Positions 49,065 to 63,630 are shown, numbered from the stretch's first letter. The stretch is DNA of 64,000 nucleotides from Takakia lepidozioides (GCA_030704615.1 CM060733.1:54126001-54190000); one strand, 5' to 3'. Notes: generated by a model not told the origin, from the sequence alone. Numbers and translations: made by a program.

Positions 49065-49914
49065 TACTACAACAGATCGCAGTAGTTATGACTGCCAAAC
49101 CGTGGTAGTCATGGTTTTCTTGACTTTGACCGTGACTGCACCATGTTTTTATATGAAATTGACCTCCCGCAGTCGTTCATACGACTGTAGTCATATGAAC
49201 GACTATCTAAGTAGTCGTCTGTATAACTACATGGCTCCGGAATGGGCGGAAGGCTGGTCAACGGCAATTGACCAAATTTAGCTCACCATTCATAGTCATT
49301 TCCATGACTACAGTGTACATGGATGAGATTACATAGTCATGATGACCGCTGGGGATTTTGTAATTTGGTGTGTATAATACAATTAAAACACCATATGATC
49401 ACATGAATGATTAATGGGTGTATTGGTTAGCAGGTAGTGAACTATAACTCTTATAGTAAAGAGGTTGCAGATTCAAACTCCTCTAAGTACAATCAAATGG
49501 ATAAGATGGCCCTAGGGTTAGTAGGCAAGCTAGGGATAGCACGTGGTAGCCTAGATGGGCTGCCACGTGGTTTTTTCATTATTATAGAATACATTATGCC
49601 ACATGGCACAATGCGGTGCGACGCGGCGTCCGACATATGTTTTTAATTTTTCTAGTTTTTTAAATTTAATTTAATTTTTAATCAATTGCGCCTCGCCACG
49701 TGACGCGGCAACGGTGACTGCAATATGATGGTATGTATGACTGCAGTAAGAGATATCACTTGGTTCATTTGACTGTAGTCATCTGGACCGTACCATCTTG
49801 TACTCATTGTATTCACTTGGTTTGCACGACTTACAGTCATAGAAGTCATATGTACTGTTTATGACTGTAGAATAATCATATATACAGTCATAAATACCAC
49901 GATCTGTTGTAGTG
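49065..49914. mobile_element. Non-autonomous CACTA element (850 bp)
   Basis: TIR TACTACAACAGATCG / CGATCTGTTGTAGTG, 3-bp TSD TGT, many ATGACT/AGTCAT subterminal repeats. Confidence 0.9.
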
Positions 49915-49959
49915 TGTGGCCTAGATGGGAAGGCATCTGGCCAGCCAATGACCAAAATC

Positions 49960-50458
49960 CACCACCATTTTCAAGAAAGTCATGTCCATGGCTTTCGAGA
50001 ACCTTGCCATTGCACAACATCGTGATACGTTGAGGTATGCTACCATACGCGGTGGGGGTTATCGTCCTGGGGTTCGGAGATTTCACCCTGGTGATTATAT
50101 TTATCTGCAGCAGACTGCTCCAACGACCCTGGATGTGACTGCAAGACGTGTTATTTTGAGGGTTTGAGAGGTATTGCCCTCAGGTGTCCTAATCTTGGAG
50201 GGTCGGGATGGCATGACTTGGAAGGACCACGTGCATAATTGCGCGTCATGTCACCTTTCGAATGTCGATGGTAGGATTGACCCAAACCTGGCAGTGGTAC
50301 CTGCAAGTTTGAGGTGCATGTTGTGTGGGTCTGCTAGAGGGGCAGCCACCATGCTGGTGTGTGATCGATGCTCTAGATGTTGGCATATGGGATGCTTGAC
50401 TCCACCTCTTGAGATGGTTCCTGAGGGGGATTGGTTATGTCCGCATTGCATTGGATAG
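49960..50458 (+). pseudogene. Ty3/Gypsy integrase C-terminus fused to a PHD finger (fragment)
   Basis: AFENLAIAQHRD..RFHPGDYIYL (integrase tail), then CMLC..MLVCDRC..WHMGCLTPPL..VPEGDWLCPHC (C4HC3). Confidence 0.82.
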
Positions 50459-52414
50459 TGGGAATGGATACAACCATGGAAGGCTAACAAGAAATGCAAG
50501 GCCACGCTACTAGGAGACCAACACACGAGATCCTAGCTCAAGTTCACAAATTGCAAGACGACAACTAATGATAGGGCTACTCTTGTACCCGGCCTCTTGG
50601 TCTATAGAGTTTGAGTACAATACGGACACTGATAGAGGACTTAGTACGACTGTGACTATTACGTCTTGTAGTTATCTGGAGTTAGAGGGACCTAACCACC
50701 AGCTAGGGGGGCAATTGTGGCAGACTACTTTATTGTGCATATATGTGTGGTGTGGTTTGGACAGCGATGTAGTTGTGTAGCGATACGTATGCGCACGACA
50801 AAGAACAGACCAAAAACAAACAACCAAAGACACCAACAAATATAATATATTAAAATAATTTTGTGACCGAAACTTAACAATCACCAAAGAATATATTTTA
50901 ATAAAAACAGACCAAAGAAGAGCAAAAGAGAGATAGGAAAAGATACCAACAAATATAATATATTCAAGGAACACTCTAACGGTCTCGATATTAATATAAA
51001 TAATATAAAAAAAAATATAAAAATGGAACCGTCTGCTGCAGCGGTCCTCATATTAATAAAATAGATCAAAAATTGAAAAATGCGGGATTTTCGGTCCCAC
51101 TATCGCCCTATGGTCGGCGGTTGGACGAATGTGATGATCGTTTAAAATTATTGAAATTTAATGTAATTAATTTTTTTTCAAACGTGTAATTTTTGGGTGA
51201 TGTTGACATTTACGTGTTACATCCCCCATCCAAAAGAAATTACAATATCGACACTTTGGATGTCCCAAATGAATTGTAATCAGTTCGTACTTTGAGCCTC
51301 ACGGCGATGAGCTTGCGGTGTGTTCGTGCGTATAACAAACATCTTATCCTGATTTTTGACATAGTTGGTAGTTCATATGTCGGCTTTCCCAATCAGTTTT
51401 CCTGCTCTAGGTTTGTGGTTGTCATTGTGCATGATATTCTTGTAAATTTAATTTTTTACAGTTTGAGGATTTAATGCTTTCGTGCTTAATGTGCTTCTTA
51501 GTGTGTTTTTAGTGGTTTCCGCAACAAAACTGGCAAGGGTTTCCAAATGCTTATAGATTGAATATGAGGTTATACAGCGAGGCGAAGAATTCCAGATGAA
51601 AAATGTTGGGTTTCAGGGTAAACTTGTTGAGGCTGAAGAGGTGGACAATCTAAAGCTGTCGGAAGAAATAAAGTTTGTTCGATCGACGAAGGTAGAGAAG
51701 TTATGAGCGTTATAGAAAAGATGCCTTATAGATCATAATACTCACATGTTTGATGACTCAATTGTGGTTATTAGTTTTATTGAGTTAACACGACTTCACC
51801 CCGGAATTTATCAGGTTTCCCGGGAGGTCCCCTCCGCTTCGAACGCCTAATTCCGGAAAACTTCTCCGAGACGTCCAGGGGATTGTTATCTAGGTGGTCA
51901 ATTTTCAAGTTTTTGTTTCAATTTTACATTAAAATTAGGACCGTCTCAGCTGATGTTCAATTATATTATTATATTAATTTTTTTTAAATTAAATAATACT
52001 GTTAGAGCTGCCGGTCTCAATTCCGTATTATAATAATATAGAATGGCCCCGCAGTCGTTTGGTTGTAGTCATCGGTACACCGATTGTGGGATGGCCGTCG
52101 CCATTGTTAAGCGGTCGCCCATATATATATGCCAAAGCCGACGGTCCCAAATTTTTATTATTTTTAATATTTTTAATAATAAAAAATAGGCTCTGGGGTC
52201 GTCGGCCGTTGCTGCCATCGTCCAACGTTTACTAGTAAAAAAAAAATCAAACTGAAAAATTAAATCGCATAATATTTTTTATCGAGCCCGCCATAGCTGG
52301 TGATCTTTATTTATTTTTTATTACTATCGGAGAGCTCTGGCTGTATAAATTAAAAATAAAATAAATTGGGACCGCCAGCTTTAGCGGCCATGACCTACTC
52401 ACCAACACATACTA

Positions 52415-52850
52415 CAGAAGCAAGGAAACAAAAATATAACGTAAAATCGCATAATGCAAAACCCCAACAAAGGTGGTCTTGACAGGTAATCCTAAATCGT
52501 AGCGAAGATCCGTCAATCGCACTAATCTTATAGTTGTCTTCTTCACTCATATCTTTCTTTATCAAAAGCAAGGAAACAAAAACAAAATGCAAAACCCCAG
52601 CAAATATGACCTTGACAGGTAGTCATGAATCGCAGCGAAGACCCATCGGACTATGTCAATCGTACTAAGTTTATGTTTGTCTTCTTCACTCATATATTTC
52701 TTCATCAGAAGCAAGGAAACAAAAACATAATGCAAAACCCTAGCAAAACGAATCTTGATAAGTATTCATAAATTGCAGCGAAGACCCATTCAACTGTGTT
52801 GATCGTACCAACTTTATATCTGTTTTATTCACTCATATTTTTCTTCATCT
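52415..52850. repeat. ~145-bp tandem repeat, three copies
   Basis: AGCAAGGAAACAAAAA..TGCAAAACCC..AGCGAAGA..TTCACTCATAT at ~52415, 52563 and 52707. Confidence 0.85.
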
Positions 52851-53599
52851 TGTCCTCCAACTTTGTCATGAGGTACTTTCATTTCTTTAGTTCTCTTGGC
52901 CCAAAAGTACAGATTCAGTTGCAGAAAGATAAAATAATAGAGAAACCACCTTAAAAGACTTGGGGTAGCGAAAACATCTTTCGATTCGAAGTGCATGCCA
53001 AAGAAACACGGTTGTTCACAGCAAAATTGTCGGAAGCCGACCTCGCAGCAGATCACGTTGAGCGAGTTGGGGCTGACGATTTCAGGTGAACCCTCACCAT
53101 GTTTAGGAAAAAAACAAGAAACATGTTGATACTAAATTTGTTTCAACTCACTAAACAAAAACATATGAAGTAGTTGCATGACTTGTTGGAAAGAATATAA
53201 CCCATTTTGATCAATTTGTAATTGTTTGAAAATTCTTGGAAACCATACTCAAGCATGATATACAGTATAAGAAATATAATTTGTTTTTTGGTTTGTCGAG
53301 ATATTGACATAACTTGATACTTCTTGTTCAAATGCATAACACCAATAGACATCATATGATCCATGACATAACACATCATCTATGATATCTCCATTCCATG
53401 TAATCAAACTCATCATTTAATTCTTACAAAAGTTTTATCATCATATATTAGTAAAAAAATGAATACATGCTAGTTTTGAAGTAATAAACATACTTGCACA
53501 ATGTTCCAATGGAGAAGAATTTGGACCAAAATTCTCCTCTGTTCGAAGCGTCAAGCTTCTAGTGAACTGCGAGCAATATCTATTCCTTCTTTTGTCCAA

Positions 53600-55050
53600 C
53601 CATATCTTCTATTATGTAAGTAAAACAAGCGCCCAAGCTCAGTAAGAATAACACCCAACTACCCAAAATATAATCTTTGGTTAAATCTACACGGTCCAAA
53701 ATATAAGGTAAGCACCAAATTATGAAAAAATTGATACTTTTCAGCCTTAAATAACCTAGCCGTGTAGTAATATCTTTGGCCCTCATCCACCTAATCCATT
53801 AGGCCGTCTTTTTGTCACCAAGGCAAGAGCATTTTCTAGTAATGCTTTTTGAGAAGGGTTTCCATGCTCTTCACTAACATCTCTACATATTTTTTAACGA
53901 TACATAACGCAAGTATATGCATTGTATCAAGCACTAGGTCTCGAGATACATCGAAGCCATATAAATGGTAAAGATGTCATAGAATAGACACACCATAAAT
54001 ATCTCTGTTTTTTGTAGCAATATCTCTTTCAGCCGACGTAGAAGCTTCGCAAAATACTTTTACTGCTTAATGAACACTTTCTATAGTTCTAAAAGGCTAA
54101 AGCTGGTCGATGTCGGATTTGTTTTCTATTCTCATGATATTCTACAACACCCCGAGCTACACCTGTAGATTTAGTATGTCCTCTTTATGAGATATGGTCC
54201 CTACAGCAAGCCACATATCCTCTATCTTTAAAGAATCCAATCTTCATTGTGCAGAATGATCCTAGGTAAATATCATCAACATTGCTCGTAGATTACGTCT
54301 TTCTACCATCTTCAGATGTGAACTTATCACACTTGATGGATGTTTATATGTCATGTTGAATCCATGTATAAATGCATTTTCTAGTTCACGAATGAAAGGC
54401 TCCAAAAACATTAATTTTCTTTTGCTTAACCACTTTCTTTGAACTATATGATATAAACAAAATAGGAATATGACCCATGATTGGCTACCTTATCCCTTGC
54501 ATTACTACTACCTAATTCAGGTCATACTAGGTCTAAATTCAAAGTTGGCGTTCATGTTGAATCCTCTCTCTGTATTGATAACTCTGATTCATACAAATGC
54601 AACAGTCCAACAGTATTTCACTGTGGTACGTGTAGCTTGAAACCCATCCCATCCCAATAAGCAATAAGGGCAAAATTCCGAGGATTACCTTGTTCACAGA
54701 CAATGAAAACGCACAACGTTAGATCATAGCCTAATTCTTGCAGTTTATTTTGCAGTTTATTTCATATAAAATGAGGATTTTTAAGCGTGACAAGATAACG
54801 CGAGAAAAGACCTATACTAAAAGTAATCCCAAAATAACCAACTATGTAGCATATATTTATAAGAATGTTGAGGTATAAAACAATTACTTATTAATATGTA
54901 CGTTTTAATGTCATTCTTGTAGCATAGTCCGGACATGGAAAAATGTACTGTTGCACTTCATCATCCTACCCATCAAACAATTGAATAGATTTTATCGCAG
55001 CGAAGAATGCTCTCAAACTCAATTTGCAAGAAAGATTCGAACAAATGATT
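53600..55050 (-). pseudogene. Degenerate CACTA/EnSpm transposase
   Basis: Manual minus-strand translation: GNPRNFALIAYWDG/WDGFQ (~54640-54690), EPFIRELENAF (~54380-54405), LYGFDVSRDLVLDTMH (~53917-53965), TRLGY..IIWCLPY (~53710-53770). Confidence 0.72.
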
Positions 55051-58000
55051 GGAAGTTCCCATTTACTTTTAGGATCTCAAAATGTTGATTTAGCTCTTTT
55101 CCAAATTATCATTGTTCTCGAGCGGGGAGACAAAAGTTCTACTACGAGTAGTGGAGTATTCACCTTCTCATCAATATATCCATCCGTAGATCTCGACATT
55201 GGCTTGGGTATATCCCAAAAAATCGTCGCATCATGGTAAAATTTGTTTGTCCTCGTGTAGCGGACTTCAGCCTCATGCACAACAAAGAGCCTTGAGCCTG
55301 CAATCCTTACCGCAAACGACATCTCGTTTACTAGAAGTAAGACCGCTAAGTTAGGGCTCACTGACGGCGACCCAAACCGCCTCGTTCTAGAACCATAGAG
55401 ACTGCAATCCACTTCTGATATTCTATGGGCCATGGAACTATCAGCTACGAAGCCCTCACAAACGTTGGCGTCTCTATTTATACTCCTAGTTGACAACAGC
55501 TTGCAACTGCAAACGTTCAATTCACATGAAAAGCGTTTACATTGTCAAGAACTCATGACAAAAACTCGAACTTTTATGTAAATTAACCAATTATGGTGCA
55601 AATCACAAATAATCAAACAACAATACATCTTTCCTCTTCCTCCCACAATGTCGACACTTTTGACAATGATTTGTGCAATCCCCCCTCAATAGAATTTTGA
55701 TGGATCTGTTTGATAAATAAACATATTTCAAAACGTTTGTTCCATCGTATTGATTTTCGGCACTTCATTCCATCATATAAGAAACATGTGGGAAGTCACT
55801 AGTAATTCCCATGCACGCAGCACAAGCGCCACCTTTGTGGATCCACCATACCCAAATCTTTGTAAATTTGAGCTAACTGTTTCCAAGACCCAGACGTTTG
55901 CAACCAGTGAATATTACCATCCCTTCATGTCCTGCTTGTATCAATAGTTGACCCAATGACATATTGGTGTATATTGGGAGTTTGTCAGCGCCCCATTTGT
56001 TAATGAACCAAAAAGACGCTCGAGCATTAAATCTTGTAAAACTTAACTTGTGTCTTATAAGCATCCCAATCTGCTTGTAGTTGAACAATACGCAAGAGAA
56101 TTATCTCATTAAGAGATAAATTTCAATTTTCGTGGCTTTGGATATCAATTTTCTGCATGTTGATCCATTGTGTACTCCCCATTATTAGTTGTGCAATGTG
56201 CAGCGATCACAATGATTTGTATCAACGATGACATGATTTGTACAGTCTATGGGATCGACATCGGTTTAAAGGTTCTGATATGAAAGCCTATGTTCTCATG
56301 TACTTATAATACGTACTCATTCCCACTGTTCGAAGGCCCTTACACTTGTTACAAAAACATTATACGAAACTTGATGGATTGACTTGGTTGCGTGACATTG
56401 GGTGATGTAGTAGGTAAGTATGGATCATTGTTTGTCTCATTTATAATTCATCTGCATCGTGGCTTGTTGTCAAAGTATGCTCATGCAACAGGTCTATTTG
56501 GGATATTGACGTACCTTCTTGTATGTTAAGGACAACAAACGTTGCATCTCTTTCATAAAGAGCACCTCCTCTACCAACAAGATGCACATGATAATGAACT
56601 TTACCTGCCAAAGATTTATTTCTATGATTATAGTAAGACCTCTTCGAGATCATGTCAATAGCCTCTAGGATTATGAACACATTTAAATAAACACTCGCAC
56701 TTAATCCTCTTACGTCATCCTTGATCTCCCATATGGATAATTCTGTGAGTCTTCAGTCGTGCTCGCAACTGCTAACCAAACCTAAACCTGTGACCAACAA
56801 TGATTGATTCTTAACAATCATCTTCTAGGCATGTGTTCGTTACACCACAATTGCTAATTATACTCTAGAGATTCTGATGCGACAAATTCTATGAAAACAC
56901 AATACATTATGCATCAAAACACATTACATCTCAAAGAAAGAAAAACTGGTATTGACCAATAAATGGGTCCATATCATCCAACAACCATGCAAAACCTGTT
57001 TTTCATATTCACATTGCCACTTATCCATTAGTATTTGAATAAAGAAGTTCAAATGAAACATACATATGCATTGAGCATAGTATTGTAAACCTTTCATCCT
57101 CTTTTTATTTACAAGGTCCCAACGTAGACTTTTTTTCCTCAATAACACACAAGTGGTGTAAGTTGCCATTGATGTGTTCTTCTAGAAAGACATCATCTGT
57201 TTTGGAAGCAATTCATTAAAGTAATTGGTGTATGATAAGTAGAATTAGCTTTGCTAAAACAAATCTAGGCTACCAATTTTTGATATCTTTCATTTTACGG
57301 ATTCAATTATTTTTCAAAAGCGAAAAAATCAATCTTTCTCACTAGTTGTAATATTTTAATTGCATCCCATTTCAAATATGTGTTGAAGACCAAGACAATT
57401 CGAAAGAGAAAGTCTGCATTGTCGAAGAAGAATGTCAGTCTCAGTTGTAATGAGTCGAGCACGTCGCTGGCAGCAAGGAGTTTGGGATCAAATAATTGAA
57501 AGTCCCGCCAAGTTTCAAACTGAGCTGAATAAAATGATACATTTTGTTGCGTGGTCCTTTCACCTTCAGCTATGATGTTATGAACGAGCTCCTTAACTGG
57601 CTTCGATCTGGACCCCTGTTTTTTGGAGCTAACTAGTTTCAGATTCTTCATAGGTTGAAGACGGAGAAAATCATCCACAGCTAAGATAGGTGCATACATG
57701 AAGTGATATTCATCATTAGCAGAAGATGATTGATTCAATTGAAAACGTGATAACTGATAGGATTGTCATCAAACCGAAACGTCTGCACATCTTCCCGAAT
57801 GGCCAAAAGCCCATTTTCTAACACCGTTGCCATTAGTACATGGAGTGTAACTGAAAATTCTAAACAAACAATTCTAAAAGGCAAATATGACACAAACATA
57901 ATACATAATATAACTTGAGAAATTAACAGAGAATTGACGAAAGGGAATGCAGAAGTAGCGAAATCAGAGGATGATTACAAAGTATTATAATCTGTACCAA

Positions 58001-58299
58001 CACATTCTTCACAGTGAAGAGAACTCCGGAAGCTACGTTGTTACGTTCCTTAGCAGAAACTCTTCAAAATAGGCGCAATCAAACAATACAAAATCTTCGT
58101 CCTCACGGTAGTCACAATCTCATAATTCACTATTTTAGCGACTCGCTAGGCAAATCATCTTCTCATTCAGAGCTCGGAGCCTTTCTTCAAATGAACTCCA
58201 GAATCTATACTACCACGTCTCTAAGTTGTTCATCAAATAAATTCCGTAGTAACAGACAAGGCTGTACTTGACACTTTCAAGGCAGTGTCTCTCTGGCAA

Positions 58300-58770
58300 G
58301 GGAATACCCCGTTACACTAATTATGGTTAATAGTGTGGGCCACACTAATTTGTAAGTCCAATGACTGTGGGTGCCAAAGATGTCTTTTGTAGTTACTTGA
58401 AAGTTGACCAACCAATTTCTAGCTAACACAAACATGCTTATTTTTACAGAGCAACACTGATCCACCCACACTACACCGTTTATTTTATTTAGTGTCACTT
58501 ACACTATGAACTATGACACTAATTCTTTGAGTGGCAAATTGGTGACATGTGTCACTTCCATTAATTTTCACATGACAGTATTTTAGACATTCCAGATTTA
58601 CTGTAACATACACTAATTGGATGAAAAGTGATGATTTATATCCAGATTGGATGAAAGTAATCCATTATCATACACACTAAATACCACTTAGTGTAGGATT
58701 AATGTAGGGTATAGTATTTTCCCACTACACTATTTATCCCTACACACTAAATAAAGTAAATGGTGTACTA
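58300..58770. repeat. Probable non-autonomous DNA transposon remnant with dispersed ACACTAA/TTAGTGT motifs
   Basis: Many copies of the motif in both orientations; ends not defined. Confidence 0.4.
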
Positions 58771-59949
58771 ATCATAATCAATGCAGTCAAGGTTTGTCAC
58801 ATCTATGTAGGTGGATTAACTTGGGATAGAGGAAAAGAATGCAGTAAACCATGTATTCCTCTACATTGTTTAAAAAAATTAATTTATATATGAGTTAGAA
58901 TCAAAAACATAGTTTTATTCTACTCATATCTTATCATCAATAATTTCATTGACGATGAAATATTCATATGCATCAGAGATGGCTTACAAAAGTTGGAGAC
59001 AAATAAAAAAACACTAAATGGATGATGGATGAATTTTTGGTTATGAATTCTGGTAGATGAAATTTGGTAAGATGAATATTTGTATAGATGTATTTTTAAA
59101 TTTTAGATTACATGAAAAATCAATCTTTTAATCTTTTAATTTTGGATGTAATTTTATTATTTATTGATTTTAGATATCTTAAATTAAATTAAGGACTTAA
59201 TAATTTGGAAGGTACTTGGTGCAGATAGACAAGGCTAATAAAATCATTTGAATATTTAATTCATTATTATTTTATTTTCTAGAAGTAAAACCATTATTTA
59301 GGGATACATCTTATATTCGGTTAGCAGCACAAATAATACATGAAATTTCTCTTAGAATGTAAATTTTGTATGAGACAACCAAAATTTCATCATTCGTCAA
59401 TGGTTGTGCCAAGCAACACCTAGCCCTAATATATAATTGTAGTTATTGAACTAAATTCTACACCTGCACTAAATTTTGAATATATCCCTCAAGTCACCTA
59501 CATGGATGTTGCAAGTTAAATGTAATGTATAAGGTAAATTATTACAAAAATCGGTTCGAAAAACGCTTTTGTTTTTCCAACCGAAGTTCATTTGATTATT
59601 ATTAGTTTTACAAACGTAATCTCAGGCCCATGTCCATCAACTCTCAAGATTAATGAGACTAAAAAAAAACTCAAAAACATCCAAACTACTGTAGGTACTA
59701 CCCAAGGCAAGGAAAGGAAGTCGTGCAGAGGGGAGAGAAGGGAGGTGAAGAAGAAGGGAGGGACAAGGATAGGAAGTCGAGCAGAGGGGAGAGAAGGGAG
59801 GTGAAGAGGGCATGGGAAGGGACGAAACTGATTGGACTCATGCTGCCCAAGGCCGAGGGCCCCTGCCTGGAAGAAGATTAGATCGTGGCCATCCCTGGTT
59901 GATGGCTGGGATGGCAGGGCCTCCCTCCCCGCCTCCCTTTAACTTACCA

Positions 59950-60439
59950 TAGTGGAGTAGCCGGTTAGGCATTTGCCTGCCTAATAACTATTTTTGGGGC
60001 CACTTGGCAATTAGGCACTTTTGTAATTTTTTTTAAAAACTTAGGCAACTAAAAATAATGATCACTAAATGAAACACAAAAATATAAAAATACAGCCCCC
60101 GCCATGGATGATGAAAACTGAGCCCATGGATGATGTTTTAAATGAAAACTCAGCCGTTGCCATGGATGCAAATTTAAAACTGAGTCCATGGATGACGTTT
60201 TAAATGAATATCATTTAAATGTATGTCATTTTTAGATTTTCTTTTCTTTTCTTTTCTGTTTTCTATTTTTTCTAATTTATTCAAGTTTTTATTCCCTAGG
60301 AACTTTTAGAATTTTTTTTGAAAATTAGGCACTATTTGAAGATACTTTTTTTTAAAATTAGGCACTCTTGTCAAAAATAATTTATTTTGATTAGGCACTT
60401 TGTTTTCAAATTAATTTCTGCCTAACCGGTATCCCACTA
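59950..60439. mobile_element. MITE
   Basis: Imperfect TIR TAGTGGAGTAGCCGGTTAGGCA / TGCCTAACCGGTATCCCACTA; internal TTAGGCA repeats; no clear TSD. Confidence 0.65.
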
Positions 60440-60809
60440 CCAACCAGGGACTTGGCCGGGGCGTGAGCTGTGAAGGTGTCTTGTCAAGTGGCTACTGGCG
60501 TTGTATGCCGTGTGTGTCCACCTTGCCACCCTCTGCCCTTTCTTACTCTGGAGGGAAACTTTCCAAGTTTACGAACATCAAGGTGGCATGTTGAAGGGAA
60601 ACTTTCCAAGATGGGAGAGTAGCTCTCTCCTCATAAATAAGCATCCTTGTCTCATTGAGAAGCATTATATAGTGAGCAATGATGGATGATGCACACCATG
60701 ATGATGTGGACGCTTTCATAAAATCTTTTAGCTCCACCCTCAAGTAATTAATGTAGTAGGGTAGAAGCTAGCAGTGCGGTGGTATTCATTCATTACAGGT
60801 GGTATTGTT

Positions 60810-61176
60810 CAGTGTTGGGCGGTTATTTGATTTCTTTCATAACCTCCGGTTCCGGTTTCTACAAAATCTTAGGATCAAAGATCCTCCGGTTCCGGTTTTT
60901 TCAGATATTTTTAATGGAAAGAACCACCGGTTCCGGTTAATTGTAAGAACCTCAAAGAACCGGCGGTTTTCATCAAATATCCAGCGGGTCTTTGGCGGAT
61001 CTTTGACGGTTTTCAGGCTGGTTATCTCAAAACTACGTAACCGGCGGTTATGATCTTTTGCCGGTTCTTTGTTTTTTTGAGAACCACAGTTATATATCCA
61101 TATAACCTTCTTGATAACCTCGCGCGGGGGGGGGGGGGGGGGGGGGAAAGCTGAATCAAAGAACCTCCCAACACTG
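60810..61176. mobile_element. hAT-type MITE
   Basis: TIR CAGTGTTGGGCGGTT / AACCTCCCAACACTG; 8-bp TSD GTATTGTT/GTGTTGTT; CCGGTT subterminal repeats. Confidence 0.85.
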
Positions 61177-62759
61177 GTGTTGTTGCTATTGGAATTTGGA
61201 ATATCTTTTGTAATGATGTTAGTGATGATAAATGAAATGAATGTTATAGTGTATGCCGAAGTATACCATAAAGGCTTATCTCTTCTAAATTTGTGAGCTT
61301 ATTGTTGTTAACATTGTCACTAACCACTTTTCATTTGTATTGTGGTTCTTTAATATGTTGTCTTAAGATTGTTGCTAGATCAAAAAGACTAAGCAATCAC
61401 TTATAAGACATGAGACCACATTCCATTCAATAAAATTTTGCAGTAGTTGATATTAAATTATGGAAAAAAGGCAATTGTTGATTGTAGTTTACTAGGAGAT
61501 TTCGTCGTCGGTTGTACTATAATATAGCCAAATTGTATTTTGGTGCTTTTAATACCAAATTATTTCTGCATGTAGAATCTCATGAATCTTTAACTACGAA
61601 TAAAAGATATGAAATTCAATAAAAGATTGACTTGTACAGGTTATGTTAAAGTACATAGGCCACTATACTAGTCGAATATTGATATATTAATTGTAATCTA
61701 TGTGCATCACTCAACTTTAACAATATAATTCACTTTAAAAATATGATATCTATTAGAAGGAGATCCATAGTGGGAGGACGCTACAATTTAGATCAACAAA
61801 GAAGGAATGGTTAAAATTTAATAATATTAGTAATACATTTAATTTGGCTTGCCAAGAAATAAACATGGATAGTTTATAAACATAGATTGTTTGTTCATTC
61901 TTATCAATGACACCTATTTGCAACAATATACATGTCTATATAAAACAATTTCAGAAGGATAAAATCTGTCATTACTTATCCTGTGATACTTTGATAATAT
62001 CTTAAATCCTATTCATACTGTATACATGTGATAACTATACTATGACTCTTTATATGATCAAATAACCATAATTATCTACTTTCCAATCTAGATCTTATTT
62101 TGACAAAATTTGTTCTTGCTTTAATTCTTGCTTTACCATGTAAGTTTACACCTCAATATTTAGAATATAATTCAAATCATGCACAATTTCCAAGTAGAGC
62201 AATCAATCATATTTGTGATCTTCAATTTTAATTATTAGGAACAATTGCACATAGCTATTTGGATTCTCTTTAAATTAAATTCAGTTTCTAAGTTTAAATA
62301 AAAAACAAAATCCAATATCTATCGTAATATCATATTAAATAATATCAACTCTATTATGGATATCATGTGATATTAAGTGTAGTATCAGATCACATATTTA
62401 TATTTGATGTGGTCTTTAGTTCAACATAGTCCACCCAATCTTCTCAAATACTAATGTAGATAAGCATTTACACGGCGTGACGCTGTACGTAATGTTATGA
62501 ATGTTGATTGTATATTTGCGAATGATTTGCGAATGTATACCAATATATGTCGAATGCAATATACATATGTAAGCAAGCGACATATATGATTGTATACCTA
62601 TACAGAAGCGATTCGGAAAGGCATGATGCCTACCAGCAGATGGAAGAGTAACGGGGGCTGTCGCGATTAATAGAAGCACCCAAAATTTGTGAACCGCTAC
62701 AATCCGATGAGAGTGTTGCGACAGCAGCGGTTTTGGCAACCCCTATAGCCGTCAAATCC

Positions 62760-63630
62760 TGAAGCCTAGAAAAAGCTGATGAGCAAATTCTTGCTATGTC
62801 AACCATGCCGAGTTCATGTGAAACCATAGATTTCCAGATAGATATGGATCTTTCGTAGTCCATGCCGTTGTTTTTGAACGGAACCACCCGCCCTGCTGCA
62901 GGATAGAATTGCCCGGACCTTAACATGAAAGAAGAACTGCAGGGAGTGTAGCCGAGAGCAGCTTACGCATTTTTTGTTTATGCCACATCTGTGCGCGCTC
63001 AAACATATTTTGGTGCGAGAGGCAGACCCGGTTTTTTGAGGCAAATGCACCGAACTTGACATTTTCGTCCATGCCTTGTTGCATCTGCTCAGCAACAATA
63101 TCCTTATGCACAAACCGGAAGTGCGGTTCATTGATGTCTTTCAACCAGTAGCCCACCATGCCAACAAATGTGTGAAGTCCCCTGTCCCTTAATAATTTGC
63201 AATGAACCAGATGACCGGGAGGCGCTCTAGCCATCCTAATTTCTTTTTTATGAGCGTGTCCAACATTTGGATACTTGAAGTATATACCTACAGACTATTT
63301 GCAGATGTAGATGCAGGAGGGTGTCACCATTTTCCAATGCACACAATTTAGCCAGACAAGCTTCCTGCATCCAAAGTCGTCCATCTTTGCCAGGGAATCT
63401 TCAGGAACATCTGCTCCTCCAACACCTATGGTGACGTTAGCTTGTAGAAATGTGTCCTCTGTCTTGCATCTAGCGGGCTTTGATCTCCTCTGTTCAGTCG
63501 GTTTCCTTCCTTCAATCTTCTCTTCGTTCTGCGCATGTCCTCTCTTTTGCGCTATCGTCTTCAGCATCGCCATGTCCCTATCACGTTCATACTCTGTCGT
63601 TTCTGTTCTTTTTTCCCAACCACCCGTCAC
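62760..63630 (-). mobile_element. Replitron HUH-endonuclease transposase, frameshifted
   Basis: NVTIG motif; CALENGDTLLHLHLQ (HUH, ~63297-63345, in a frame missing from the ORF track); GLHTFVGMVGYWLKD (YxxK); C-terminal MLRSGQFYPA. Confidence 0.8.
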
